This document shows, in pieces, positions 27,286 through 39,600 of a DNA stretch of 64,000 nucleotides. How positions within the stretch are numbered: position 1 is the stretch's first letter; each line of letters begins with the position of its first letter. The DNA is taken from NCBI GenBank assembly GCA_964016885.1, contig OZ024744.1, positions 39,432,001-39,496,000 on the forward strand, read 5' to 3'. The translations under genes were made by a program, and so were the position numbers. This DNA comes from Eledone cirrhosa (taxonomy: Eukaryota). The notes below the pieces were generated by a model, which was not told the origin of the DNA, ran no database searches, and saw only the letters and a list, made by a program, of their open reading frames with translations.

Positions 27286-27431
27286 GCTTTTTGGAACGCT
27301 TCAAAAGGCATGCTTGCTGGGAACAGCAAGAACCCTCCGATACGTCCTGAATATCTGAGGCTGCAGGTAGTGGCTTGATATTCATTTCAACAAACTTTCC
27401 AGTTAACTAACATCAATGACTGAGACTCAAA
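27286..27431 (+). mobile_element. 3' stub of a second Dong/R4-like family between (AAT)n tracts (other copies 28270-28622, 34950-35095, 35934-36286)
   Basis: Translates GTLQKACLLGTARTLRYVLNI*, a typical R4/Dong C-terminus, then a short UTR and (AAT)n. Confidence 0.72.
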
Positions 27432-27466
<35 letters not shown>

Positions 27467-27468
<2 letters not shown>

Positions 27469-28115
27469 CATAATAAAAATGGATGCAGCCCATTATGCCG
27501 TGTATGCAAAAAACAACCAGAGACCATTGACCATATAATTTCAATGTGCAGTCCTATAGCTCCAACCGAATACCTAAACAGGCATGACAGAGCTGCACAA
27601 TACATACATTGGATAATGTGTAAGCATTTTGACCTGCCCCATCAAAAGAATTGGTGGGAGCATCAACCACCTCCCATACTTGAAAAAGATCACATCTCAA
27701 TCTTGTGGAACTTTAGCATCCAAACAGACCGAAAAATAGATGCAAATAGACCTGATATAATACTGAAGGACTTTAAAAAGAGGGTGTGCCTGCTAATTGA
27801 TATGTCCGTTCCAATAGACAAGAATGTATCTATAAAAACATTTGAAAAATTGATAAGTATAAGGACCTGGAGATAGAAATTGGAAAAATATGGAAATTGA
27901 GAACTAAAACAATACCAGTGGTTGTAGGCGCTCTAGGAATGATACCTAAGGGGTCTAATGATTACCTATCGCAAATCCTAGGAAACCCGCGTATAGGAGA
28001 AGTACATAAGATAGTACTAATGGGAACTGCCCGTATACTAAGGAAGATTCTGTCAATATGAGTACACAACAAGTCTAAACACCTAAAGATGCATGTGTGT
28101 GTATGTATGTTCTTT
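27467..28115 (+). mobile_element. Dong/R4-like 3' fragment (RLE domain), same family as 18735-21250; repeated at 35131-35779
   Basis: Near-identical to 20510-21160; starts directly after (AAT)n and is fused to a Tx1 ORF2 scrap at 28116-28211. Confidence 0.85.
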
Positions 28116-28393
28116 CTGTCCGGAATGGTGCATGTCTGCGCCTCTCCCACCAAACCCTTGACGACAAGCGCCAACCTCGTTGCTAACACCTTGGCCAAAA
28201 TCTTGAACTCATTTCATTTATTGGCCACAAGGGCCGACATATAGGGAACAATACTGGGATAATAATAATGATTTTGGAACACTTCAAAAGGCATGCTTGC
28301 TGGGAACAGCAAGATCCCTCCGATACGTCCTGAATATCTGAGGCTGCAGGTAGTGGCTTGATATTCATTTCAACAAACTTTCCAGTTAAATAA

Positions 28394-28582
28394 CTGTTTC
28401 TACTTTTGGCACAAGGCCAGCAATTACTCAGTGCATTACTGGTACTTTATTTTATCGACACCGTAAGGATGAAAGGCAAAGTTAACCTCGGCGGGATTTG
28501 AACTCAGAATGGCAAGGGCCGTAACTCTATACGTCAAAGCATGGCGTCCGACCCTCTACCGATACTGCCAATCCACCGCCCT
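28394..28582 (-). mobile_element. Full-length tRNA-derived SINE with 18-bp TSD (duplicate at 36058-36246)
   Basis: A box TGGCAGTATCGG and B box GAGTTCAAATCCC on the minus strand; TSD AACTTTCCAGTTAAATAA at 28376-28393 and 28583-28600. Confidence 0.88.
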
Positions 28583-28636
28583 AACTTTCCAGTTAAATAA
28601 TATCAATTACTGAGACTCAAAGAATAATAATAATAA

Positions 28637-28826
28637 TTGTTTCTACTTTTGGCACAAGGCCAGCAATTATCCCAGTGTATTACTGGTACTTTATTTTATC
28701 GACTCCGTAAGGATGAAAGGTAAAGTTAACCTCGGCGGGATTTGAACTCAGATCATAAAGGGCCGTAACTCGTTGCCTCAAAGCATGGCGTCCGACCCTC
28801 TACCGATACTGCCAATTCACCACCCT
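28637..28826 (-). mobile_element. Full-length tRNA-derived SINE inside (AAT)n (duplicate at 36301-36490)
   Basis: Same family as 28394-28582, with AAT repeats on both sides. Confidence 0.85.
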
Positions 28827-28827
28827 A

Positions 28828-28868
<41 letters not shown>

Positions 28869-29128
28869 TTTCTTTATTAACCACAAGGGTTTACATAAAG
28901 TAGACATTAAGGACAGTGCAGGACAATGCAGGACGGTACAAATGGGCATTTCTGCGTGTAAAAAAACAAAAACAGAGGATGTAACAAAAATAACAATGAA
29001 AATAACAATGAAAAATTCCCCAATAGGGGGGAGACTTCGGAGGGACATTTGTGGAGAAAGCCCAGTAAAAGGCCACAATGACCCTGACCACCAAGGCAAG
29101 TGCCCTCTCCCAGTTTTCCACCTTTAGT

Positions 29129-32100
29129 TTACAGATATATACTCAGAGTCGGCCCATTCACTCGGGCCATTCTTGCTTCTCTCACCCATCTTTCAACAAA
29201 ATGCTGGGAAGAGAGCACTTCCTTCTCTACTCTGATTTTCCTTTTCAAATGAAATTTGAAAAAGTCAATCAGAGCATCACCGAAGAGGTAAGTGCTCGTC
29301 TTCAGCCCTTTCAAACGTGTCCACCATACTATCTCTTTCGCCATGGCCACCAGACAGATAAAAACTGCCTGCCCTTCCCGGCTAAAGGAGGAGGGCGGGG
29401 CAATCCTCACGATAGACTCAGATGATAGCTGGATCCGTCCTAAACGCGACAGCAGGTGTTCGACATAAACCCACAAGTCAGCAATTTTCGGACACTGGAC
29501 GAGTGCGTGCAGGACGGTTTCGTCGCCCTGCGCGCATCTCGGACATGCCCGGCTGACGGCACCTCCATGCCTGTAGAGTTTATCCCGAACTGGCAAGGCT
29601 CCTCGGTAGCACTGCCAGGCCAGAGATTTCTGGAAGTTGTCCATAGGCCCCGGCCCGAAAGTTCTTCCGAAGAGATTGGCTAGTTGATTTTCGTCGACGC
29701 CTAGAGTTTCCCCAAGTACGTCGTCGCTCTTCCCCTCCACTAATCCTCTATAGAACGCCGAGGTGGAGTTTCCACCGATCACATTGCCCGATTGGTCGAG
29801 GGCTGTGAGCGCCTGAAGACATTCCAGTCTCCAGGCGCTCCCTCTCGGTCTTCGCTTGACCCAGGACTGCAGCTCCGTCAAGGAAACGAGCTGGGGAAAA
29901 ACGCGTCTAGCAAACGGCGACCACACCTGATCACCGTCGAGGAAGAGGTGGAGATGTCGTAGCCTGAGCGCGTGCCTGCGCATCATCAGCCACGGCATGC
30001 CCAGCCCTCCACGTAGCGGGTGTTGACAACAGATGGACCGCCTGACCATCGGAGCACGTCCCTTCCACAAAAAGCGAAAGAGCAAACGCTCCAGCGCAGT
30101 CAGGCGAGGCTTAGGACAAGGTACGACGGTTAGGCGGTAGCAGATGACAGACGCGATGTACGCGTTAGCCACCTCCGCTCGACCTTTCAGGGATAGCTTC
30201 CTCTCCGCCCATTTCTGGGTGAGAGAAGCCACCCTGCTCGTCACCTCGTCCCAGTTTTTGTCCGTCTGGAGGTCCGGACCGAACCAGACCCCTAGCAATT
30301 TAACCGGTCCGTCCGTCCAGCGCCCGACGACGCTGTTGGACGGCATGGACCTGCCTCTCCAGGTGCCGAGCTGCAGGCCCACTGATTTTTCCTGGTTGAT
30401 CATTGCTCCTGTCACCGCTTCGTATTCTCTTAGTGTAGTGCCGATCGCCTCGATGTGTTTGGCGTTCGACACCACTACGGTGACATCGTCCGCATATGCT
30501 GACACGGATCTTCCGCATCCTAGTTCGCGCGGGACTCCCCTCAACGTCTCCAGTTTGTGCAGTAATGGCTCGAGCGTCAATACGTACAAGAGGGACGAGA
30601 GGGGACATCCTTGGCGGACCGAGCGCATGATGTTGAACGGTTCCGACAGGTGACCGTTCACTCTCACCACAGAGCAGATGTCGCTGTGCATGGCAGCGAT
30701 CCAGCCTCTGAAGACGGGCCCAAAGCCAGCCGCCCTCAGGACTGCCGCTAGGTAACGATGGTCGACCCTATCGAAAGCTTTCGACTGATCTAAATTGATC
30801 AAGGACCCACCCGTGCCAGGTTCCCTAGCTACCCTCTCTACGATGTATCGCATGAGGTGGAGGTTGTCGTGGATGGATCTGTCGGGAATGGCGCATGTCT
30901 GCGCCTCTCCCACCAGACCACCAACGACAAGCGCCAACCTCTTTGCTAGCACCTTGGCCAAAATCTTAAACTCTGTGTTTAGCAGAGTTATGGGCCGGAA
31001 ATTTTCTATGTTATCCCCCTTGTTCGGATCCTTTCTCAGCAGTGCCACCGCTCCTCGGCTCACAGAACTGGGAATTCTCCCGTTCTGTTGCCAGTTGCAG
31101 TAGACGTCCGCCAAGAGGCCTCCGAACAAGTCTGGCATCTGTACGTAAAGTTCATAGGGCAGACCATCCAAACCAGGCGATTTACCCCTTGTGCAGCCAG
31201 TCATTGCCTCCCTTACTTCAGCGGCTGTTATCGGCTTTTCGCAACACTTCACCTCAGTGGCCGAGAGCCGCGGCAGTCCGTCGAGGTAGACACTAAAGTC
31301 CATCCCTCTACCCGGCCCACCGCTGCCCCCGAACAGCTGAGCGAAGTGTCGCTGAAAAGCTTCACACATTTGCCCGGGATCGAGTAGCATGCGCCCGTCG
31401 TGGTCCACCAAAGACCGGATCGTGGCTTTGTTGCCACGACGCGCCTCCGCCACTCGGGCCCATTGCACGGCTTTCGTCCCCTCGTGTCTGAGAGCACGCA
31501 CCCTTGCTCTGACAACGCAGCCTTCGTGCTTTGCATTGAAGAATTGGTCAAGGGCCAATTTCGCCGCAAGCACGTCGGTCGCAATGCCTTTGCTAAGAGC
31601 CTCGTCTAATTTTCTAACTAGTTCTCCCTCTGCTCTATTTTTCTCTATTGCTAAAGCCTTACTAAACCTAATCGATTCTATTCTAATCGCTCTTTTCAGA
31701 GCAAACCACCACTTGTTGTTGACGATGGCCCCCGTCAACGCCCGCTTAACTAGTTCGCTAATCCGGTCTCTGTAGGCCTTGCGCGCTGGTAAGGACGCGT
31801 TTAGCTTCCAGTAGCCGGGTCCTCGTCTATGAAGCCTATCTAAGTCAAGCACACAGATCACGAATTTGTGGTCCGTGTAGCTGACTATCTTGAATTGTGG
31901 ACAGCCTATGCTAGACCTATCTATTTCCCTACAAAATACTCTATCTAGATACGATCTGGATGACCCTATGCGGTTTGTCCAAGTCCACATTGGCACATTC
32001 GGGAAATCCAATCGGTACCTGTCAGACAGTTCAAAACGCCTGAGCAGGTTGGTGAGGCTCTTGCACCCTCCACCCCTATCCGCTAATCCCACACAGTCCC

Positions 32101-32548
32101 AGCGTGCATCTAAGATCCCGTTCCAGTCGCCCACTAACACTAAAGAGCGGGACGTTCCAAGAAAGGTCTCCAGACGCCGGAAGAAATCAGGCCGCCCTGC
32201 TCCTGTCGGGGCATAGACGGCCACTAGCCTGAAAGCTTGCCCGTCTCCGCTGGTCACGTCCAGCACCACCAGCTTACCCTCTGGGTCCAGGAAGATGGCC
32301 CGTATGGCGAGATCCAAACCTCTCCGAAAAAGCACAGCAACTCCTCCACCGGATCCAGGACGGCTGGGAGATGCGTACACATCGAAGCCGCCGAAGATCG
32401 GTGCGAAGGCCCGTGCTTCGGAGATTCTGGTCTCGCTGATGGCCACTACATCTATGTTTAGTGACCTGAGGTCGTTGAGCAGGTGACCCTGCTTCCATGA
32501 CGACCCCAAGCCACGCGCATTTATGCTGCCTATTCTGAGTGAGGTCAT
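29129..32548 (-). CDS. Tx1/L1-like ORF2p: APE endonuclease, reverse transcriptase, C-terminal CCHC finger (1139 aa, intact)
   Basis: GSINARGL, ISET, VYAP, GDWN, SYLDRVF, TDHK; PGLDGLP, FRPITLLNTEFKILAK, DQSKAFDRVDH, RQGCPLS, YADD; CPRC...ETVLHALVQC. Confidence 0.93.
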   Translation of the reverse strand: MTSLRIGSINARGLGSSWKQGHLLNDLRSLNIDVVAISETRISEARAFAPIFGGFDVYASPSRPGSGGGVAVLFRRGLDLAIRAIFLDPEGKLVVLDVTSGDGQAFRLVAVYAPTGAGRPDFFRRLETFLGTSRSLVLVGDWNGILDARWDCVGLADRGGGCKSLTNLLRRFELSDRYRLDFPNVPMWTWTNRIGSSRSYLDRVFCREIDRSSIGCPQFKIVSYTDHKFVICVLDLDRLHRRGPGYWKLNASLPARKAYRDRISELVKRALTGAIVNNKWWFALKRAIRIESIRFSKALAIEKNRAEGELVRKLDEALSKGIATDVLAAKLALDQFFNAKHEGCVVRARVRALRHEGTKAVQWARVAEARRGNKATIRSLVDHDGRMLLDPGQMCEAFQRHFAQLFGGSGGPGRGMDFSVYLDGLPRLSATEVKCCEKPITAAEVREAMTGCTRGKSPGLDGLPYELYVQMPDLFGGLLADVYCNWQQNGRIPSSVSRGAVALLRKDPNKGDNIENFRPITLLNTEFKILAKVLAKRLALVVGGLVGEAQTCAIPDRSIHDNLHLMRYIVERVAREPGTGGSLINLDQSKAFDRVDHRYLAAVLRAAGFGPVFRGWIAAMHSDICSVVRVNGHLSEPFNIMRSVRQGCPLSSLLYVLTLEPLLHKLETLRGVPRELGCGRSVSAYADDVTVVVSNAKHIEAIGTTLREYEAVTGAMINQEKSVGLQLGTWRGRSMPSNSVVGRWTDGPVKLLGVWFGPDLQTDKNWDEVTSRVASLTQKWAERKLSLKGRAEVANAYIASVICYRLTVVPCPKPRLTALERLLFRFLWKGRAPMVRRSICCQHPLRGGLGMPWLMMRRHALRLRHLHLFLDGDQVWSPFARRVFPQLVSLTELQSWVKRRPRGSAWRLECLQALTALDQSGNVIGGNSTSAFYRGLVEGKSDDVLGETLGVDENQLANLFGRTFGPGPMDNFQKSLAWQCYRGALPVRDKLYRHGGAVSRACPRCAQGDETVLHALVQCPKIADLWVYVEHLLSRLGRIQLSSESIVRIAPPSSFSREGQAVFICLVAMAKEIVWWTRLKGLKTSTYLFGDALIDFFKFHLKRKIRVEKEVLSSQHFVERWVREARMARVNGPTLSIYL

Positions 32549-32667
32549 GTTTAAAATAGAGTGGAAAAGATGGGAAAGACCACTTACCGTACTTTTGGTA
32601 GAGGAGGGATGGTTTTTCCATCCCTTTTCACTTGATCGTCTGGTAAAGGGACCGTTGAATCGTCCCT

Positions 32668-34680
32668 TCAGCTGGTCATCGGCTCTTCTATGAGTATGTC
32701 CGAATATACTCTTCGGTTGATAGTTCCTCCTAGGTCTCTGAAATCACCAACTGCGTTGGGGAATTTCGTTTTAATGTTTGTGTATTGTTTCTGTGCTATT
32801 TTTAGCAGTCTTATGTTAGTTGGCGTTTTGATTGGTGCTGGTATTATGTAGTCGTGTTGTGAAATGTCTGTGTGTTCAATTATGTAAGTCATTAGTTTCT
32901 TGTTGTGTGTATTTATTGCCGTGCATTTGTTTTTCTGGGGGTGGGGTGTGGTTCTGCTATTTTCTAGTCGTTGTTGCTGGGTGTGTGTGTTTTGTTGTTG
33001 TGTTTGCGATGTTGGTGCTTGTGGTGTTGAAGGTGATGTTGGCGGTGGGGTTGTCGCCGGTGGTGATGGTGGTGCTAGTGTGGGTGGTGATGGTGTTGGT
33101 GGTGTTGCTGCTGTGAGTCTCTTTGCAGTAGACTTTACCCTTTTTTCATTTCTTTCCTCCCTTTTCAAAGGCGACGATGCGCTGCTTCTGCGTTTGTGCC
33201 TTCTTACGACCTTTTGCCATCCCTCTCCAACCTCACACTCCATGTCTGATTCTGTGAGGTCGGGGAGGGGTACCAGCTCCACTCTTTCACTTGTTGTTGG
33301 TGATGTTTGCACTGGAGTCTCTGTTGCAGCTGCATTTGGTATTGCTGTTGTTGTTGTTAATACTTCCACTGCTGCTGCTGTTTTTGATTTCCGTGGCGTG
33401 TGTATGGGTGCCACGGACCTATCGTTCCTGGTTTCCGCTTGTCCTGTTGCTGCTAGCCGTGGAGCCGGTTTCGGAAGGAGGGGGGTTTTCTCCTTTCTCG
33501 GGGTCTTCTCGTTGCAGAAGGCCCTGAGGTGAATCTTCGAACCACAGCGAAAGCATTTCGGGCGTTTGCCCTCAACACTTATGGGCAGTTGAGTGCCGTT
33601 ATCGAAATCTATCACATCCGGGATAGCTTCGATGCACTCCTGGTTGGTTTGGATTAACATCTCAATGGAGGTGCCAACCCAATCTTCTCTTACTTTTTTC
33701 TGTACTTGCAGTACAGTTGTTTTGTCCTCGATTCCGACGAGGGCAGACGCGGCCAGCTAAGAAGGGGCCATCCCGGGGGGGACGTGGGTCAGTTTGACCC
33801 TCACAATTTTTTGGCCGCAGTAGGAGGGCACCAACACCATTTCCTCGCTCCTTAGGGTCACTAAGGATTGAGCCTTTGCCTCCTGGGGTGTGGCAAAAAG
33901 TACGTCTACGGTGGCATATTTCTTGCCTCGGGTGATGTGCGTTTTCCGCTGCCACACAGACCCCAAGGCTTTTTGTATTTGAGCCTCTGTGGCTCTTTCA
34001 ACCCTACGGGATTTTGTACTTACTGTACGGTACGTGACCGTACAGTGCTGTTGGGTTTCGAAAAAATTTTCGGCTGCCTTGCAGATTGCTCGGTGTCTAG
34101 TTTTTGTCACCATCTTCTTCGCTTCCTCTAATTCCTCATTTGTTATGAGGATGGTTTCCAGGTTCTTCGCGATACCTGCAAACGAGATTGGTTTTTCTTT
34201 GCTGCTGTTGTTGTTGTTGTTGTCGTCAGAGCTGCTGTTACTTTTGTTGTTGCTGCAGATACTACGACTACTGCCGCCGCCGCTGTTGCTGTGGTTGTTG
34301 TTGTTGTTGCTGCTGCTAATGCTGTTGTTGTTTATGCTGCTGCTGATGCTGTTGCGGCTGCTACTGTTGTTTTCATTGTCACTGTTGCTGTTGTTATTAC
34401 GGCTGCTACTGCTATTATTCCTGACGTCAGACGAATGAAATGGGTTTTCGTATTTCCCGCACACCTGTTTCGTCGTTGTCGTCGTCGTCGTGGAGAAATC
34501 TGGCACGCTTTGCACGAGACTTTTCTTTTCTGTCGTCGCTTGCGAAAGAGAAGGGAGAGAGAGAGACACATTTAAAGAAGGGAGGGAGAGAGACAATCTT
34601 CTCTCTGCTGTAGTGACGATTGAGGAAGAAGAAGACGGAATGAGTGGGAGTGACCTATGAAAATTCTAATTCGTAGCCAT
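32668..34680 (-). pseudogene. ORF1 of copy B, with the same two TAG stops as copy A
   Basis: ORF translations are identical to copy A (offset 7667). Confidence 0.85.
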
Positions 34681-34895
34681 GTTGTTTTTTTGTTTAAAAT
34701 AAATATTGGGCACAAAACCCCAATAAGCAGTTATTTAACCCCGAAGGGCCAAATAACGGGCAGAAAGACCCCTCTCACGAGGAGGAGGGTGTTTTTGTCT
34801 ACAAGTTGGTTAAAGTTTTAAACAATTTACAATTGTTATAGCGGTTAAAATTTACAATACCTTACAGAGCCGAGCCTCCGTCAACCATAGCATTC

Positions 34896-34949
<54 letters not shown>

Positions 34950-35095
34950 GCTTTTTGGAACGCTTCAAAAGGCATGCTTGCTGGGAACAGCAAGAACCCT
35001 CCGATACGTCCTGAATATCTGAGGCTGCAGGTAGTGGCTTGATATTCATTTCAACAAACTTTCCAGTTAACTAACATCAATGACTGAGACTCAAA

Positions 35096-35132
<37 letters not shown>

Positions 35133-36491
35133 CATAATAAAAATGGATGCAGCCCATTATGCCGTGTATGCAAAAAACAACCAGAGACCATTGACCATAT
35201 AATTTCAATGTGCAGTCCTATAGCTCCAACCGAATACCTAAACAGGCATGACAGAGCTGCACAATACATACATTGGATAATGTGTAAGCATTTTGACCTG
35301 CCCCATCAAAAGAATTGGTGGGAGCATCAACCACCTCCCATACTTGAAAAAGATCACATCTCAATCTTGTGGAACTTTAGCATCCAAACAGACCGAAAAA
35401 TAGATGCAAATAGACCTGATATAATACTGAAGGACTTTAAAAAGAGGGTGTGCCTGCTAATTGATATGTCCGTTCCAATAGACAAGAATGTATCTATAAA
35501 AACATTTGAAAAATTGATAAGTATAAGGACCTGGAGATAGAAATTGGAAAAATATGGAAATTGAGAACTAAAACAATACCAGTGGTTGTAGGCGCTCTAG
35601 GAATGATACCTAAGGGGTCTAATGATTACCTATCGCAAATCCTAGGAAACCCGCGTATAGGAGAAGTACATAAGATAGTACTAATGGGAACTGCCCGTAT
35701 ACTAAGGAAGATTCTGTCAATATGAGTACACAACAAGTCTAAACACCTAAAGATGCATGTGTGTGTATGTATGTTCTTTCTGTCCGGAATGGTGCATGTC
35801 TGCGCCTCTCCCACCAAACCCTTGACGACAAGCGCCAACCTCGTTGCTAACACCTTGGCCAAAATCTTGAACTCATTTCATTTATTGGCCACAAGGGCCG
35901 ACATATAGGGAACAATACTGGGATAATAATAATGATTTTGGAACACTTCAAAAGGCATGCTTGCTGGGAACAGCAAGATCCCTCCGATACGTCCTGAATA
36001 TCTGAGGCTGCAGGTAGTGGCTTGATATTCATTTCAACAAACTTTCCAGTTAAATAACTGTTTCTACTTTTGGCACAAGGCCAGCAATTACTCAGTGCAT
36101 TACTGGTACTTTATTTTATCGACACCGTAAGGATGAAAGGCAAAGTTAACCTCGGCGGGATTTGAACTCAGAATGGCAAGGGCCGTAACTCTATACGTCA
36201 AAGCATGGCGTCCGACCCTCTACCGATACTGCCAATCCACCGCCCTAACTTTCCAGTTAAATAATATCAATTACTGAGACTCAAAGAATAATAATAATAA
36301 TTGTTTCTACTTTTGGCACAAGGCCAGCAATTATCCCAGTGTATTACTGGTACTTTATTTTATCGACTCCGTAAGGATGAAAGGTAAAGTTAACCTCGGC
36401 GGGATTTGAACTCAGATCATAAAGGGCCGTAACTCGTTGCCTCAAAGCATGGCGTCCGACCCTCTACCGATACTGCCAATTCACCACCCTA

Positions 36492-36555
<64 letters not shown>

Positions 36556-36639
36556 CTTTCTTTATTAACCACAAGGGTTTACACAAGGTAAGACATTAAG
36601 GACAATACAGGACTCTACCGTAATAATAATAATTATAAT

Positions 36640-39600
36640 GGTTTCTTTATTGGCCACAAAGGCTAACATGAAGGAAAACATTACAGACGGCACAGGACGA
36701 TACAAAGTGGGGTTTGGCCATGTAAAAAGGTTATAGAAGACAGAAACGTGTAAAATAAATTAAAATTCAAACAACAAAAATTCCCCAGTAAGGGGGAAGC
36801 TTCCGAGGGTCACTCATAGCGAAAACCACACAAAAGACCACGGCCACCCCGACCACCAGGGCAAGCGCCCTCTCTCAGTTTTCCCACTCCTCAGTCTACA
36901 GGCGCATACTCAAAGTGATCAGATTCGCCACTTTCACCCACATTTCAACCAACTTACTAGAAAACAGCACTTGCCTTTCCATCCTGATTTTCCTCTTCAA
37001 GTGAAACTCGAAAAAGTTAATCAGGGATTGGCCGGAGAGGAAAGTGTCCGTTTTCAACCCTTTCAACCTTGTCCACCACACAATCTCTTTCGTCATGGCC
37101 ACCAGGCAGATGAAGATTGCTTGCCCTTCCTTCTCTTTAAAGGAGGATGGCGGGGCTATCTACACAATGGACTCAGTCGATAACCGGATCCGTCCTACAC
37201 GCGACAGCAACTGTTCAACATAGCTCCACAGGTCAGCAATCCTCGGGCACTGAACGACTGCGTGTAGGACGGTTTCGTCGTCCTGCGCGCATCACGGACA
37301 GGCTCGGCAGACAGCACCTCAGTGTCTGTAGAGCTTATCCTGAACCGATAACGCTCCCCGGTAGCACTGCCAGGCCAGGGATTTCTGGAAATTGTCCATA
37401 GGTCCCGGGCTGAAAGTTCTCTTGAAGAGAGGAAACTGCTGATCGTCTTCGACGCCCAGGAGTCTCCCCGAGAACGTCGTTGCTCTCCCCATCCACTAGC
37501 CCTATATAGAACACCAAGCTGGATGTTCCACCTATATCAGTGCCCAGCTGGTAGAGGGCGGTGAGCGCCTGGAGACATTCCAGCTTCCAAGCGCTATCCC
37601 TCGGTTTTTTTCTGATCCAGGACTGCAACTCCGTCAAGGAGACAAGCTGGGAAAAAGCGTGTCTGGCAAACGGTGACCACACCTGTTCACCGTCAAGGAA
37701 GCACCAGAGATGTCGCAGCCTCAGCGCATGTTTGCGCATCATTAGCCACGGCATGCCCAGTCCTCCATGCAACGGGTGCTGATAGCAGATGGATCGTTTA
37801 ACCATGGGAGCACGTCCCTTCCACAAAAAACGGAAGAGAAGGCGCTCCATTTTGGTCAGAGTTGGACGGGGGCAAGGTACGACGGTCAGGCAGTAGCAGA
37901 TGACGGACGCGATGTACGCATTCGCCACCTCCGCCCGACCTTTCAGAGACAGCCTCTTCTCAGCCCATTTCTGGGTGAGAGAAGCCACCCTGCTCGTCAC
38001 CTCGCTCCAGATTTTCTCCATCTGGAGGTCCGGACCGAACCAGAACCCGAGCAATTTAACCGGTCCTTCCGTCCAGCGCCCTACAACGCTGTTGGACGGC
38101 ATGGAATTTCCTCTCCAGGTGCCGAGTTGCAAGTCTACCGACTTTTCCTGCTTTATCTTTGCTCTTGTCACCGCTTCATATTCCTTGAGAGCAGGGCCGA
38201 GTATCTGGACCTGTTTGGTGCTCGACACCACTACGGTGACGTCGTAGGCATAAGCCGACACGGATCTCCCGCATTTCAGTTCGCCAGGTACCCCCCCCCC
38301 CCTTATGGTCTCCAATTTGTGCAGTAATGGCTCGAGAGCAAGTACGTACAAGAGGGACGAGAGGGGACAACCTTGGCGGACCGAGCGCATGATGCTGAAC
38401 GGCTGTGGCAGGTGACCATTCCCACTCACAATCGAGCAGATGTCGCTGTGCATCGCAGCGATCCAGCCTCTAAAAATGGGCCCAAATCCGGCCGTTCGAG
38501 GTACCGATGGTCGACTCTATCAAATGCTTTAGATTGAACCAAGTTGATCAGGGCCCCACCCATTCCAGGTTCCTTAACCACCCTCTCTATGATGAATCGC
38601 ATGAGATGGAGGTTGTCGTGGATGGATCTGTCCGGAATGGCGCATGTCTGCGCGTCTCCCACCAGATTACCGACGACAAGCGCCAATCTCTTTGCTAACA
38701 CCTTGGCCAAAATCTTGAACTCTGTGTTTAGCAGAGTTATAGGCCTGAAGTTGTCTATAACGTCCCCTTTGTTCGGGTCTTTTCTCAGCAGCGCCACCGC
38801 TCCCCGGCTCACAAAACTGGGAATGCTCCCGTTCTGCTGCCAGTTGCAGTAGACGTCTGCTAAGAGATCGCCGAACAAGTCTGGCATGTACGCATAAAGC
38901 TCATAGGGAAGACCATCCAAACCTGACGATTTACCTCTCGTGCAGTTAAACATCGCTTCCCGTATTTCACCTGCTCTTATCGGCCTTTCGCAGCACTGTG
39001 CTGCGGTCGCTGAGAGCCGCGGCAGTCCGTCAAGGTATGCACCGAAGTCCATACTCCGATCCTGTCCGCCGCGGCCCCCGAACAATCGAGCAAAGTGCTG
39101 TTGAAAAGCCGCACATATCTGCTCGGGTTCGAGCAATATGCGCCCATTTTGATCAGGCAAAGACCGAATTGTGGCTTTGTTGCCACGTTGCGCATCCACC
39201 ACCCGGGCCCATTGAACGGCTTTCGTCCACTCGTGTCTCAGGACACGCGCTCTAGCTCTGACAACGCATCCTTCGTGCTTTGCGTTGAAGAATTGGTCGA
39301 GTGCCAATCTCGCCGCAAGCACGTCTGTTGCGATGCCTGTTCTAAACGCCTCTTCTAGCTTTCTAATTAGCTCTCCCTCTACTCTATTTTCCTCTATCAC
39401 TACTCCTTTGCTAAACCTTATCGATTCTACTCTAATAGCGCTTTTAAGAGTAAACCACTACCTGTTGTTGACGATTGCACCCGTCAACGCACGCTTAACT
39501 AATTCACTAATCCGGTCTCCGTAAGTTTTGCGCGCCGGGAAAGACGCATTCAGTTTCCAGTAACCAGGCCCTTGCCTATCGAATATATCTAAGTCAACCT

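Larger units (their letters stand above)
28867..34895 (-). mobile_element. Full-length Tx1-like LINE, copy B (6029 bp)
   Basis: Same termini as copy A; (AAT)n on both sides; intact ORF2. Confidence 0.95.

Noticed and set aside
28394-28826. tRNA genes suggested by A/B boxes
   Set aside because: These are SINE heads with a body, tail and TSD; no complete cloverleaf.
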